DNA from: Eledone cirrhosa
Taxonomy: Eukaryota
Reading direction: 5' to 3'
Length of the DNA: 64,000 nucleotides
Assembly: GCA_964016885.1 (NCBI GenBank)
Contig: OZ024740.1
Location: 73,842,001 to 73,906,000 of the forward strand
This document shows positions 52,917-64,000 of the stretch, piece by piece. The notes beneath the pieces were generated by a model. That model had not been told where the DNA came from. It did not search any database and worked only from the letters and a program-made list of their open reading frames with translations. Position numbers and translations under genes: made by a program. Positions within the stretch are counted from its first letter, which is position 1. Each line of letters begins with the position of its first letter.

Positions 52917-53097
52917 ATGTTGGTGTTAGGAAGGGCATCCAGCCATAGAAAACCTGCCAGATAGTCCTATACGAGCGAGACATGGTCACTCGACCAATCT
53001 TGCCTCAAGTGGGACAATTCCCGTCTAACCCATGCTAGCGTGGAAGATAGACGTTAAACGATGATGATGATGATGATGATGATATATGTATATATAT

Positions 53098-53476
53098 GGA
53101 GGCACATGGCTTAGTGGTTAGAGCATTGGCCTTGCAATCGAAAGGTTGTGAGTTCAATTCTCAGACTGGGTGATGTGTTGTTTCCTTGAGCAAGACCCTT
53201 TATTTCACATTGCTCCAGTTTACTCAACTGTAGAAATGAGATGATAGGCCTGGGGTCCCTGTCATTCCACTGCAAAGTGGTCGTGGAGGTGCCACGGCAA
53301 AAAAGCACCCAGCCCACACTGTAAAGTGGATATGTAGGCGCCACGGAAAAAAAGCACAAAGCACTCACTAACACCAGTTAGGAAGGGCATCCAACTGTAG
53401 AAATCAAGCCAGAATCAGTTCCGGTCCCACCCTTGCAAGCAAGGAAAAGCGGACGTAGAATGATGATGATGATGAT
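53098..53476 (+). mobile_element. CORE-type tRNA SINE (tail type B)
   Basis: As 52145-52487. Confidence 0.85.
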
Positions 53477-53501
53477 ATATATACACATATTTATTTACAT
53501 A

Positions 53502-53536
<35 letters not shown>

Positions 53537-53671
53537 ATGAGCTCAAGGAAATTTTTCTGGGTTCTTCAAAATGTTCACATTTTCCATAGTTGATCAGCAG
53601 GTGTTTCAGAATATGTGACTTGCGCGTCTAATGTTAATTTAGAAATTAGACTTCAGCATGTGGTAAGAGAG

Positions 53672-53740
53672 ACACCTGCTGATGAACTATGAAAAATGTG
53701 ATCATTGCTGTGAATTAGCGAAACAATCCTGTACAGGTGT
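53672..53740 (+). ncRNA. Type I hammerhead ribozyme (CUGAUGA, GUA site)
   Basis: Stem I ACACCTG/CAGGTGT; CTGATGA; CTA...TAG stem II; GAAA; CA-atcc-TG; TA; partial inverted copy at about 53576-53607; element flanked by (TA)n. Confidence 0.78.
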
Positions 53741-53784
53741 AATAGTTATTGAGGTGCTCTTTTAAATTTATTAATCTGTTTGAT

Positions 53785-53854
<70 letters not shown>

Positions 53855-54245
53855 CATATATAGATATATATATATACAAGTAAAAATTAGTAAAAATCCA
53901 ATTTCAGCTCAGGAATTAACGAGAATCACTTCCGAGTTGTGTGGCAAGTGCTCGATAATTCATATGAATTAGAGCTTACAACTTACGTTAAAGGTCAAAC
54001 ACACTGAGATGGTGGTTAAACTAATCATAGCGAAAATTCGATCGCCTATTTCGGGTCAAACAGATATACAGATATAAAAATATAAATGGTTGAAAGCTTA
54101 CCCGGACCCCTGGAAAGATGGTAAAGTCCAGTATTTGGGTTTCTGCGGGTCCATAAGTCATTTACTGTCCACTTACATAAAGGATGTTAGGTTTCTGGTA
54201 TCATGACTGAACTATATATATATATATATACATATTTTTATATAC

Positions 54246-54315
<70 letters not shown>

Positions 54316-54331
54316 TTATATATATATATAG

Positions 54332-54681
54332 AGAAAAAAAGATGAAATCGAAAATGCAACTGGAGTCTTATTTTTTAAAAAAAATATATATATTTATTTG
54401 GTTCCTTTACCGGTTTCGCAGTTCTTCTGCTTTTCAAAAGATGGAGGGTCTGTGGTTTTTCTCACAGATGTGAGAAAAACCACAGACCCTCCATCTCAAC
54501 TCTACTTTTGAAAAGCAGAAGAACTGCGAAACCGGTCAAGGAACCAAATAAATATATATATATTTTTTTTTTTAAATAAGACTCCAGTTGCATTTTCGAT
54601 TTCATCTTTTTTTCTTTATACTTTCACTCGTGTAGGACACCGGTTATTTTTCATTTTGTAAAAAAAAACCTCACTTTCTAA
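54332..54681. mobile_element. Second ORF-less palindromic PLE-derived insertion in (TA)n
   Basis: 54332-54615 near-perfect palindrome centred at about 54467, plus a unique tail; minimal hammerhead in each arm. Confidence 0.8.
54505..54540 (+). ncRNA. Minimal hammerhead, U3-A8 variant core (UUGAAAA)
   Basis: CTT/AAG stem I; TTGAAAA; GCAG-aagaa-CTGC; GAAA; palindromic ACCGGT stem III; GUC; mirror copy 54405-54440 on minus has GUA. Confidence 0.7.
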
Positions 54682-54726
54682 TATATATATATATATACAT
54701 ATTTATATATATACACATATATATAT

Positions 54727-56090
54727 AGAAGAGTTTAGCGTAAAAGTTGGTGTCCATCAGGGCTCTGTTCTTAGCCCCCTACTATTTATTATTGCCCTTC
54801 AGGCTATAACAGAGGAGTTCAAGACCGGCTGCCCATGGGAACTCCTATATGCAGATGATCTAACGCTCATAGCTGAATCAATGGCCGAGCTAGAGAAGAA
54901 ATTCCAAACATGGAAGCACGGCCTAGAATCAAAAAGCCTTAAAATTAACCTGGCTAAGACTAAACTTCTAGTTTGTAAGAAAGAAAATAAGGCGGCGGTC
55001 CCTTCCGGGAAGTGGCCAAGCTCAGTGTGTAGGAAAGGCGTAGGTAGAAACTCCATTTTATGTCACAAATGCAAAGTATGGGTGCATAAAAGATGTAGTG
55101 GGATCACAGGTAAGCTAACTAAGAACATAGATTTTACATGTGGCCGGTGCTCTGGTGCAATAAGTAGCAGCAAGTGCCCACAAAATACTAGCTCTTTCAA
55201 TTGCGCAGAGGGTTCTATAGAAATAGTGGACAGGTTCCGTTACCTGGGTGACAAAATCAGCAGTGGGGGAGGGTGCTCTGAAAGTACAGTAGCTAGAGTC
55301 AGAACTGGATGGAAAAAGTTCAGAGAGCTTATACCACTATTAGCCGCTAAAGGGTTCTCCCTAAAAATGAAAGGCAGGTTGTATGATGCCTGCATACGAA
55401 CAGCAATGTTGCATGGCAGTGAGACCTGGGCATTGTGTGCAGAGGATATACGCAGACTAGAGAGGAACGAAGCTTGCATGCTCCGCTGGATGTGTAATAG
55501 TAATATACGTGAACGGCAAAGCATAAACGAACTAAGGAAAAAATTAGAAATAAGAGGGATCAGATGTTGTTTACTCGAGAGAAGGCTACGTTGGTATGGT
55601 CACGTGATGCGCATGAAAGACGACAGCTGTATAACAAAGTGCAGGGCAATAAAGATAGACGGTAACCACGGAGTAGGCAGACCCAGAAAAATCTGGGACG
55701 AGCTGATAAATTCCGACCTCACACACTTACACCTCTCCAAGACAATGTCACTGGACCGAGACCTTTGGCAGTACTCAGTAATAGAGAAGACCCGCCTTAC
55801 CTAAATACAAAGTAAAACCTACTACAGTCAGTAGGCATCTCTAACAAAATACACCCCCGTCCCACTACCCCCACCCCATCCACACCGCCCCTTTCAATGT
55901 AAAGTTATGTTGGTGCCACAACATCCAGGCCGAAACAAATGAGATCGTGTAGGTGTTACGACAAAAAACACACAGTCCATGCTGTAATGTGGCCGTGTAG
56001 GCAACACGGTAAAAACCTCCCAGCCCCACACTGTAAATGTAGTTGGTGTTAGGAAGGGCATCCAGCTGTAGAAAACCCGCCAGACAGTCC
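54727..56090 (+). mobile_element. RTE LINE with PHD insert, 5'-truncated (second copy)
   Basis: Highly similar to 5731-7070; first PHD Cys changed to Ser. Confidence 0.92.
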
Positions 56091-56474
56091 AATGAGGGGA
56101 GGATAAAATACGATAATGAAGTCTAGATATGGACTAGTCCAACTGTGTGTGTGCTAGGGAGATGGAAGACGCTGATAGATTTATGATCTATGATAGATAG
56201 AGGCAAGGGAGATTAGGTCGAGTGACTTGTAAAGTATGTAGGAGGAGATGTTGAATAGGGGAGATGTGGTCAATAGAAGGCATAGCAATAATCCATGGGG
56301 ACAAATAGAGGAGGTAGAAGGAAGATAGAGGAAAGCAGAAGTCGCAGGATCAAATCAAGCCAGGTTTGTATTTCGAGAACGTAGCCTTGAGTCTGTGATT
56401 GCAATATAGAGTCCTTTCCGTTCTGTTGTTGAGAAGAGTATAATTCGATTTTAGTATGTAAAATAGCTCCATAT

Positions 56475-56866
56475 TGCATAATCAGCAGTAAGGATATGCG
56501 ATGGCTGGAGAGAAATGAGGCAAGCATGCTCCGTTGGATGTGCAGTGTAAATGTGCGTGAACGACCCAGCATAAATGTGTTGAGAGAGAAACTGTGTCTG
56601 AGAGGAGACTGAGGTGGTATGGACGTGTGATGCGCATGGAGGATGACCGATGGGTGAAGAAGTGCCAGGAAATGCAAGTTGATGGAAGACGTGGTAGAGG
56701 TAGACCACGAAAAGCATGGGTGGAGGTGGTGAGAACAGACCTCAGATCATTGAAGCTCACGGTGGAGATGACGAAGGACTGTGACGAGTGGAGAGATGGT
56801 GTGCTGAATAAGACCCGTCCCACCCTTGCAAGCAGGGAAAAGCGGACGTAAAATGATGATGATGAT
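56475..56866 (+). mobile_element. RTE LINE 3' end of a second family (partner of SINE tail B)
   Basis: ERRLRWYGRVMRM...GRGRPRKAW; ends CCCGTCCCACCCTTGCAAGC...(TGA)n. Confidence 0.85.
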
Positions 56867-56881
56867 ACATATGTATCATTA

Positions 56882-58991
56882 TCTATAAAAGGCAGATTGT
56901 TGTTGTTGTGTGTGTGTGTGTGCATGTTCCATGTTTATACATTTGCACAATTTCAAACAGATTCGACTCAAAGTCTGTAAGAATGTTGTAAATGGTCTAA
57001 CTTAGGTCAACGACTATTTATTTCATTCAAACTCACCCACAATTACGGAAATAATCGATAAAACTAAATACATGACGCTGTACCCCTCTAATACAATCAG
57101 ATTCCCTCTCTCTACTCCCTTCATCAGAGAAAGTTGCAGCATATATGTAGTTTTATCGAATTTTAAGGGAAGTGGAGAGAGGAATCTGATTGTATTAGAG
57201 GGGTAAAGCGTCATGTATTTAGTTTTATAGATTATTTCCATAATTGTGGGTGAGTTTGAAGGAAATAAATAGTAACCTAAGTTAGACTATTTACAACATT
57301 CTTACAGACTTTGAGTCGAATCGGTTTGAAATTGTGTAAATGTATAAACATGGAACATGCACACACACACACAACAACAACAATCTGCCTTTTATAGATA
57401 ACTAGCATTAAAGCCCGGCGTTGCTCGGGGTCTGTAAGTTACCAAAGTAGGTTGCACCACCCATTTTATGGCAGCACTTTTTTGTCTGCCAGGCACTGGG
57501 TGAATGAATTACAGACCTGGACTGCTGAAGCAGGAGCTGCGCCAGCAGTTACAATTGTAGTTTCGCCTATGGATATTATCTCTGTGCAAAGAAGTGTTGA
57601 AATTTATTGTTTCACAGTACTTGCGCAACACACGCGTAGACGATGCCAGCCGAACAACAGAGCTGCGATGGAGTTGTTCTACACGGTTGTCTAATGTGTG
57701 TTTTCTAAATTTAAGACAGTAGGGAGTGGTGTGATATGGGGAGAGTTAGCTGCTGTTTCTAGCAGGTTTAGTGACCTCATAGAGGATATGTTTTCTAAAT
57801 TTAAGACAGTAGAGAGTGATGTGATATGGGGGAGAGTTAGCTGCTATTTCTAGCAGGTTTAGTGACCTCATAGAGAATATGTTTTCTAAATTTAAGACAG
57901 TAGGGAGTGGTGTGATAGGGGGGAGAGTTAGCTGCTGTTTCTAGCAGGTTTAGTGACCTCATAGAGGATATGTTTTCTAAATTTAAGACAGAAGGAAGGG
58001 GTGTGATATGGGGGAGAGTTAGCTGCTGTTTCTAGCAGGTTTAGTGACCTCATAGAGTATATTATTGTGTATAGTAAATAAACTGATACTTCTTTCTTCC
58101 ACGTTCGTTGAGAGGTTTTAAAAAAGATTTATCGCTATTTTTTTCGGCATTTTGTAAGCATGTATGTAGTTTTATTGAATTTTAAGGGGAGTAGAGAGAG
58201 GTTATCAGATTCTATTAGAGGGGTAAAGCGTCATGTATTTGGTTTTATCGATTATTTCCATAATTGTGGGTGAGTTTGAATGAAATAAATAGTCGTTGAA
58301 ATTGTGCAAATGTATAAACATGGAACATGAACACACACAACAACAACAATCTGCCTTTTATAGATGATGATGATGATGATGATTAAACTTATAAACTTTT
58401 AGAGAGAGGGAGAGAAAGTTTGTTTTTGAGTGTGGAACGGTCAAACATTTATTTACTTCAATGACAAAGAGAACTTATTACATTTCATATGAAACAACAA
58501 TTATTCAAAAGCAACAAAAAAAAATAGCGATAAATCTTTTTTAAAACATCTATCAACGAACGTGGAAGAAAGAAGTATCAGTTCATTTACTATACACAAT
58601 AATATCCTCTATGAGGTCACTAAACCTGCTAGAAACAGCAGCTAACTCTCCCCCATATCACACCCCTCCCTACTATCTTAAATTTAGAAAACACACATTA
58701 GACAACCATGCAGAACAACTCCATCGCAGCTCTGTTGTTCGGCTGGCATCGTCTACGCGCATGTTGCGCAAATACTGTGAAACAATAAATTTCAACACTT
58801 CTTTGCACAGAGATAATATCCATAGGCGAAACTACAATTGTCACTGCTGGCGCAGCTCCTGCTTCAGCAGTCCAGGTCTGCAATTCATTCACCCAGTGCC
58901 TGGCAGGCAAAAAAGTGCTGCCATAAAATGGGTGGTGCAAACTAACTTCGGTAACTTACTGACTCCGAGCAACGCCGGGCTTTAATGCTAG
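56882..58991 (+). mobile_element. Composite non-autonomous Helitron with nested inverted self-copies
   Basis: A|TCTATAAAAGG at 56882; hairpin and CTAG|T at 58991; a complete opposite-strand copy at 57402-58364; an extra inverted 5' arm at 57140-57398. Confidence 0.75.
57699..58056. repeat. About 90-bp tandem repeat x4 inside the Helitron
   Basis: TGTTTTCTAAATTTAAGACAG...GCTGCTGTTTCTAGCAGGTTTAGTGACCTCATAGAG units; single copy at 58605-58695. Confidence 0.85.
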
Positions 58992-59784
58992 TATATATAT
59001 ATATATACATATGTATATATATATATATATATATACCTATCATCATCATCATCATCATCACCGTTTTACGTCCGTTCTTCCACGCTATCATGGGTTAGAA
59101 GGGTTGTCCTGTTGTGGGCAGTGTCTGGTCGGCTGACCATGCCTTGCTCATACAGGAACTGTGTATATATATATATACATATGTATATATATATATATAT
59201 TTATTAAAATAACAGATTAAAGTTTAAGCAAAGAATCGCTGCTTTCACCCTTAACGGGATCTTCTGAAACTAATAAAATCAATCTGTGAATGCAGAAATA
59301 AATATTTCAAGAAACGTTGCAACCGAAGGAAGACGATACTTTGGTTCGTGGAGACGTTCCCTGGCAATGAACGGGAAAAAAACGAAGATAATACGTCATT
59401 ATTTGGAGCGGTGAGAACAATTACACGCAAAGACAAAACCACGTTTATGGTATAAATGAAGTCGTAGACTAATATTCTATTAGGTGGTTCGTGGAGACGT
59501 TCCCTTGCAATGAACGGAAAAATGAAGATAATCCGTCATTATGTGCAGCGGTGAGAACAATTACACGCAAAGACAAAACCACGTTTATGGTATAACTGAA
59601 ATCGTAGACTAAAATTCTATTTAGGAAACCGAATGATTCTCGGCTTCAGAGTTAAGAATAATGTAAATAAAATACAGAGGTTAATGAAATCAACAATAAT
59701 TAAATATATACATGCACGCATCCATATACGTACATACACATGCATACGCGAAAACACCAGCCATGGGTATGCAGATATATAATA

Positions 59785-60001
59785 TATACGCAGAGGATCT
59801 ACGCAGACTGGAGAGGAACGAAGCTTGTATGCTCTGTTGGATGTGTAATAGTAATATACATGAACGGCAAAGCATAAATGAACTAAGTGAGAAATTAGGA
59901 ATAAGAGGGTTCAGATGCTGTTTACTCAAGAGAAGACTACGTTGGAATGGTCACGTGATGCGCATGAAAGACGACAGCTGTATAAAAAAGTGCAGGGCGA
60001 T
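59785..60001 (+). mobile_element. RTE LINE fragment
   Basis: AEDLRRLERNEACML...KKCRA. Confidence 0.8.
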
Positions 60002-60051
60002 TTTTCGTCTATCCTATGCTAGTGTGGAAGATGGACGTAAAAGGGTGATGA

Positions 60052-61269
60052 TATTTATATGTCCTGATGTTTCGAGATTAAAATCTCTTTTTCTGGTTAT
60101 AAATCAGCCCTTTTCCTTGGTGCCAAGTTCGGATACATAAGGAATGAACTGACATGTATCTGGAGTAAATGCAGCACTACAGGAGACGGAGACACGCACA
60201 CCACACTTCTTGGAAATGCTGAAGCTAAATGGTTACCTGACATCCACTGTGAACCGCATTAGAAATAAGAATCACCACATTCGAAGCATAAACTCCACCA
60301 ACACTTGCTACCAGAAGCTTCCACATTTCAGTGATGACACAACAACAGCCATCCGAAAAGAAGGGCTAGACTTACAACTAGCTCACTCAAGGCCCTCACT
60401 ACGTGGACAACTATCTAGGAGACGGCCTAGATAACACAACAGATGCTGCACAACTGTCCCATCAATAACACAGACATATGCCATCAAGCATACATTGTGT
60501 ACCGAATCCAGTGTGATAAATGTAACAATTTCTCTATAGGTAGCCCCACTATACACCTACACCAGAATTAAGGAACACATTAACACTATGGCTACCTCAT
60601 TCAAAAAACACTTACAGAAATTTAAAAACACTAACAAAAATATAACAGTTAAGGTGTAAAAAAGAGAAAGGAATCTAGGTAACCTTAGAATAAAGGAAGC
60701 ATTAATCATAGCCAGAACACACCCACAAATCTATAATAGACTAGAACTAAGCACACAACACCTAACATAGAAGGCCACTGGACTTTACACATGGGCCTGT
60801 ATATGAGCATGTAGATACATAATTATATGCCTAAGTGCATGTGTGTGGGTGCATGTGTGTGTGGGCGTATTTGCTTGCGCGAGAAGACTCTCACCCACCA
60901 TATTATTTATCTGTGAGAAATTATTTACATGCATTCATATGTTTACACAATTATATCTGCATGTGTGTGTGTGCTTACACACACATGCGCGTGTTAATAT
61001 ATGTATTTATGTAGATTTAAAGGGAAATAACTCTGTACCATTTTGACCTGTGCAGACCTTTAATTTTTAAAGCAAAAGCGGTTGAAAACAAAAATAATAA
61101 TAATGAAACCACTTCTGGCAGCGTGGTATATCACCTGGATTAGTCTCTTATTTTCCTTGGAAGAAGAGATTTTAATCTCGAAATATCGGGACATATAAAT
61201 AAAGGTAGGTAAAACACAGAGCACCTTGTTTCACTCTTTGTCCATTTTTCCACAACTGGCATACAATGA

Positions 61270-61270
<1 letters not shown>
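60052..61270 (+). mobile_element. Degraded Penelope-like element with short inverted terminal copy
   Basis: Thumb/GIY-YIG remnants (LKLNGY; IVYRIQCDKCNNFSIG; IKEH; LRIKEALII); 60053-60093 is an inverted copy of 61160-61200; ends at (TA)n. Confidence 0.75.
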
Positions 61271-61338
<68 letters not shown>

Positions 61339-61347
61339 ATATATATA

Positions 61348-61526
61348 TAATTGTTTCTACTTTAGGCACAAGGCCAGCAATTACCCAGTGCATTACTGGT
61401 ACTTTATTTTATCGACCCCATAAGGATGAAAGGCAAAGTCAACCTCGGCGGGATTTGAACTCAGATCGTAAAGGGACGTAACTATGCTGGAAAGCATGGT
61501 GTCCGACCCTCCACCGATACTGCCAA
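61348..61526 (-). mobile_element. Meta-like tRNA SINE
   Basis: Matches the family consensus. Confidence 0.8.
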
Positions 61527-61578
61527 TATATAATGTATGTATATATATAATGTATATATACATATATATATATATATA

Positions 61579-62089
61579 CTAGCAGTGGTACCCGGCGTTG
61601 CACGCGATAAGGTATTGTGAAATATATAACCGCCTTAGCTAAGCTTAGTATTGCCACAACCACGGCTGGCAAAGAAGTAAGGGTCTGGTGGTACGTAAGT
61701 AAGCAACACTGTGGCTTAAAACGTGAGGAAGAAGTTGTGTGCACTTACCAACTGTTTGGGGAATGAGTGTGAGATTTGTCTTGAGCAAGGGTGGCAGAAT
61801 AATCGGAGGCAGCAGACAGACAGACATATTATAAGGGCGCGACATTATATGTATGTATCTATGTATCTATCTAAAAAGAGAAAGACTAAGAATTATAGAG
61901 TGAGATCGCTAAATCGCCTAATGCGGTCCCTAGGGCATTGAAAATTTGAAATTCTTTTTGCTCAGAACACTCCCTGAAACATAAGTATTACATGTGTAAA
62001 GTTTGAAAACAGTCGGTTGGGTCTTTCTCTAGTTTTAGGGATTCAAACACACACACACAGACAGACATCCTCAGTTTTATATATATAGA
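61579..62089 (-). mobile_element. Non-autonomous Helitron
   Basis: On minus: A|TCTATATAT start, GCGTGCAACGCCGGG hairpin, CTAG|T end. Confidence 0.75.
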
Positions 62090-62247
62090 TAATGTGTATA
62101 TATGTATATAATGTATATATATATTAATGTATATCATCATCATCATCATCATTTTACGTTCGCTTTTCCCTGCTTGCAAGGGTGGGACGAATATATATAT
62201 ATATATATATATATATAATGTATATATATATCATCATATATATATAT

Positions 62248-62835
62248 CATCATCGTTTAATCTTCCACGCTTGCATGGGTTTGGACGGGAATTTTCCCAC
62301 TTGATGCAAGATTGGTTGTCTTGCTCGTATAGGACTGTCTGGCGGGTTTTCTATAGCTGGATGCCCTTCCTAACACCAACCACGTTTACAGTGTGGACTG
62401 GGAGGTTTTTACCGTGTTACCTACACGGCCACATTACAGCGTGGGCTGTGTGTTTTTTTGTCGTGACACCTACACAACCTCATTTATTTCGGACTGGATG
62501 TTGTGGTACCAACATAACTTTACATTGAAAGGGGCGGTGTGGATGGGGTGGGGGTAGTGGGATGGGGGTGTATTTTTGTTAGAGGTGCCTACTGACTAGG
62601 TTTCGCTTTGTACTTAGGCAAGGCGGGTCTTCTGTATTACTGTGTAGCACAACATCTGATCCCTCTTATTCCTAATTTCTCCCTTAGTTCGTTTATGCTT
62701 TGCCGTTCACGTATATTACTATTACACATCCAGCGGAGCATGCAAGCTTCGTTCCTCTCCAGTCTGCGTATATCCTCTTCACACAATGCCCAAGTCTCAC
62801 TGCCATGTAACATTGCTGTTCGTATGCAGGCATAT
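62248..62835 (-). mobile_element. RTE LINE 3' fragment with internal deletion
   Basis: Same 3' UTR and tail as 4700-7163. Confidence 0.85.
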
Positions 62836-63033
62836 AGTGTATATATATATATATAATGTATATATATAAATATATATAAATACATGCAGAAGTTATATTT
62901 AATTTGTTGGGATTCAACAAGCTTAAAAGTTTTATAACTGATATAAAGCACTCAACAGTTTACTATCTAGCGAACCTTCAACCGTCAAAGTTGTTTTTCT
63001 ATGGGTATGTCAACATTTATAAAACAAATTTTG

Positions 63034-63098
63034 TATTTTATCTGATGAAAGCGCACCAAAACTGCCTTGGTTGCCCTTGAAATATATATAATAAAATA
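63034..63098 (+). ncRNA. Type I hammerhead ribozyme (CUGAUGA, AUA site)
   Basis: Stem I TATTTTAT/ATAAAATA; CTGATGA; stem II AAG-GCACCAA/TTGGTTGC-CTT; GAAA; palindromic TATATA; TA; (TA)n about 30 nt downstream. Confidence 0.68.
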
Positions 63099-64000
63099 AT
63101 TATGGTTTTATAAATATAGTTTCCATTTATATATATATATATATATAATTTAATTAATACAATAACAGAGAAAGCTTTACGCTTAACTCCGACTGGTAAC
63201 CACCTCACTCAACAAACATTAGGTTATACATTAGTATAAACCCAATTTAGTGTCTGGGGTGCTAACTATATGTATTTTGTGGAAAGCCAGTTGTATTATT
63301 TTATATGAGATATAATTAAAATTAAAATATATCTCTCTTTCCAAACAATTGTTTCATTATAAGTATTCTACAAGTTGGGAGAATATTTCCAGTTTATGTA
63401 GAAGCCTAATATATTTTCATGTAAGAATACAATTAGGTGGGCACTTATAAATCGTCAGTGGAACCCCATTAAACTTTGATATAAGAAAAATTTCTTACCG
63501 CAGTTAATTTTCGTGTCTGCTAATTCGTCCCCTCATGCATTGAATGACTGCCAAATTTGAAATTCCAGCAGTCCTTTGACTGAGGAAGTATCATAGCGTC
63601 ATGAAGCGGGAAAGGGAGACAATCACAAGTCCCGAGAAAAGAAAAATAATATACACGTAGGTTAATTAGTTTCTTCAAAAACATTATCAATCCTTCGTGT
63701 TAAGAACTCAATTAATTTTAAAAAAATAAATGTATGCGTGTATTAAATATACACGCATATAGATATTTTCTTGGGCTAAAAACAGAGAAGTGATACCTGA
63801 ATAACGAACAATATCTCACAACCGTAACAAATACGGAAAGTTACGCCTTAAAAGACATTTGGGAATGTAAATCTCTGGCCAAATTAAGAGTAAAATATTT
63901 AATACACGCGGGTTAATTAGTTATTTCAAAACCAATATCAATTCCGCGTGTTAAGAACTCAATTAATTAAAAAAAATAAATGTATGCATGTAATTATTTA

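Noticed and set aside
53098-53175. tRNA-like sequences with A and B boxes
   Set aside because: SINE heads continuing into CORE/Meta bodies; no intact cloverleaf
54030-54120. GGGTC...GACCC-GAAA on minus in a (TA)n-flanked insert
   Set aside because: No CUGANGA or UUGANAA core upstream of the stem; at most a rearranged remnant
57699-58056. Regular repeats resembling a CRISPR array
   Set aside because: No unique spacers; a simple tandem repeat in eukaryotic DNA (likewise 206-332)
61153-61192. Hammerhead-like motif at the 3' end of the degraded PLE
   Set aside because: The core is 9 nt (TTGGAAGAA) and stem III is too short; counted only as decayed

Overview
AT-rich, repeat-dense eukaryotic DNA. 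The tandem C2H2 arrays, RTE/CR1/CRE LINEs, tRNA-SINE types and (TA)n content suggest an octopod cephalopod (inference). Host genes: two convergent C2H2 zinc-finger paralogs (12 fingers, intact; 13 fingers, one 1-bp homopolymer frameshift) and the first two exons of a probable IkB/Bcl-3-family gene with a kappaB-like site upstream. The rest is mostly mobile DNA: RTE LINEs (one family has a PHD finger inside its RT), CR1, CRE, Gypsy and hAT remnants, non-autonomous Helitrons, MITEs, two SINE families and many Penelope-like (PLE) insertions. The most striking signal is not in the ORF track. About 11 type-I hammerhead ribozyme folds from several distinct sequence families lie in PLE ends and in tiny ORF-less palindromes inserted into (TA)n. 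Two unrelated families use the compensatory U3-A8 core (UUGANAA) instead of CUGANGA. Folds and alignments were done by eye, and TE boundaries are approximate.
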